Origin: Podarcis tiliguerta | Taxonomy: Eukaryota | Reading direction: 5' to 3' (one strand) | DNA length: 64,000 nucleotides | Assembly: GCA_965153285.1 (NCBI GenBank) | Contig: OZ229115.1 | Part shown: positions 62,415 to 64,000 of the stretch, one piece after another | How the letters are laid out: each line of letters opens with the position of its first letter | Position numbering within the stretch: the stretch's first letter is position 1 | Notes under the pieces: generated by a model | Databases searched by the model: none | What the model was told of the DNA's origin: nothing | Seen by the model: the letters and a program-made list of their open reading frames with translations, nothing else | Program-made: the position numbers and the translations under genes

Positions 62415-62949
62415 TTAAGTGCACTTTGTTTCCTCTCAGCTTTACTCAGCCCATGTACTTAAAAGCTTAATTTTGGGACTGTTACCAAAAACATCTTCCT
62501 TATCTTCTGCTTTCAGGCAGAGGGTTTCTTCAGCCATTATGGTCTGCTACCTCTTCACATGGCTGATCGCGGTGCCGCGTGAAGCACCAGCGATTCCTAA
62601 ACAAAAAACTGAGATGAGAACTGCCTCAGTTTTCCAGAGACCCTTTTAATCCTTTTAGTGCCTTTCTCAAATTCAGATTCAGCAGGCAAGCAAAATACAA
62701 GAGTCCAACAAGTCAAAGCGGTCTTGTGGGTAAACACCCAAAAGGTACTGCCTTATTTATTTATTTATTTATACAAGCCTGTTGTGAGCTGGCAGAAGAG
62801 GAGGAACGAATAGCCACATTTCTGCGCAGGGAGGAGGGGGACTTCCCTCCCTCAACAGCATGCATATTTTTATACTGGAAGCACAGAAAGGGCAAAACAT
62901 TCAAAGGCTCCTCTGCCAACTTCCTGCATGGAATCCCTGGTCACCTGTG

Positions 62950-63600
62950 GCTACTAGGTTGCTGCTTACTTGCAAGGTTAAGTTGAATAATTGTGCAAAA
63001 ATAGCCTCCAAGAAACTTGTTGTCATTATATGTACCGCTAGCCTCCTGTTAATTTTAGCTGCTGAATTATTCGAGGCAGAATTGAAGTGCACCTCCCCCC
63101 GGTGAACAAAGGGTTAATTTCAAAAAGTGCACTGAAGGTGAGGAGGCAGGACAGATGTTGAAAGTGACTTACCCTGCCTCCCAGAACTGACAAGACTGGG
63201 TTGTCATTAGTTAATAAACGTATTAACTGTGGCAAAGCCGTGTTAGATAAATCAGCCATTAATAAAAGGGGTGGGAGTCCCACCGTGGCAGCTGGCCAGG
63301 TACTTTATGATAAGCACTTGCAGGACTGGGCCAATCAGACTTGATTGTTTGCTGGCAGTGGCTTCGTTGGCCAGTGCTGCAGTAAACACTTTCCCTTGGA
63401 AGTTGGTTTTCTGTTGTGTCTGGCAGCCACACTGGGCTGCTTGAACTTTAGCCAGAGGCAAATATTTATACATCAGAGCATGCAGTGTTCAACTGGTCAG
63501 GCCTGCAAGAACGAGGGAGAGGACTGTGGGCTTTCTTAACCAAAGAGGATGTGTGTCCTTTTTAATTGCATTCGTGACACGGTGAAGTGGAACCACATTT
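62950..63600. promoter_or_regulatory. Candidate enhancer / conserved non-coding element
   Basis: No recognisable repeat, several CpGs retained and a dense motif cluster. Motifs include NFI-type TGGC-N5-GCCA around a CAGCTG E-box (63286-63298), AGATAA/TGATAA, GCCAATCAG, GTAAACA, AACAAAG and multiple TAAT. Confidence 0.35.
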
Positions 63601-64000
63601 GAGTCTGTTTCAGTGTTAACTTTATATTCTGTAGCATAAACTTTACAAATTTGTATAAACATTAGTCATATATGTATTTTTTAAAAAGGGACATCCTGAT
63701 GTGAGCTCTGTTCCTTTAATTCCTGTTGGAAAGTTTACAGTTAATATTTTCCCTGGAACGCTGTCAAGCTTTTGACAGAGCCTGAGTGTATGCTGAACTG
63801 TGAAACTGAGAAGCAGAGCAAGTTGTGAGAAATCTGTTTCTACTCAAATCTGTAAGGTTTATAAAAACTTCAGCAGAGAGGCAGAAAGAGGGGGAGAAAT
63901 ATCTGAGACTGGCTCTCGTTTTGCCTCTCATGGAGCGCAGTGAGTCCGCCATTTTAAGAATTCAGCAAAGGGCGAAGCTTTCAGACTCCTTACATGGCGG

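Noticed and set aside
1-64000. Most ORF-track entries as genes; prokaryote-type systems (operons, CRISPR, defence islands)
   Set aside because: This is vertebrate intronic DNA. The ORFs are short, often start at GTG/TTG, overlap repeats and lack recognisable domains. No repeat-spacer array is present.

Overview
This is eukaryotic, AT-rich and CpG-depleted DNA from a squamate reptile, most likely a lacertid lizard. The assignment rests on its repeats: Sauria/Squam1, Squam2- and Squam3-type SINEs, a BovB 3' end and reptile CR1/L2 LINEs. The window reads as mostly intron of one large + strand gene. I can support only one host coding exon (4558-4668, 111 nt, phase 0/0), and I do not recognise the gene. 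The remainder is transposon-derived sequence plus several repeat-free, motif-dense blocks that may be conserved enhancers. The transposons include six TA-flanked Tc1/mariner-type MITEs, several hAT and Harbinger-like MITEs, a young CR1 3' fragment with an unbroken 209-codon ORF, two young Sauria SINEs with target-site duplications (TSDs), probable solo LTRs, a Penelope end and a possible Tc1 transposase fossil. There is one 260-nt assembly gap. Nearly all ORF-track entries are spurious, and many use GTG/TTG starts. I found no convincing previously undescribed biological system. The best leads are the unidentified exon, inverted young repeats that could form intronic dsRNA, the transposase fossil, a possible decayed retrocopy and the candidate regulatory blocks. 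Repeat family names come from recalled consensus features, not database searches. Boundaries without a TSD or terminal inverted repeat (TIR) are approximate.
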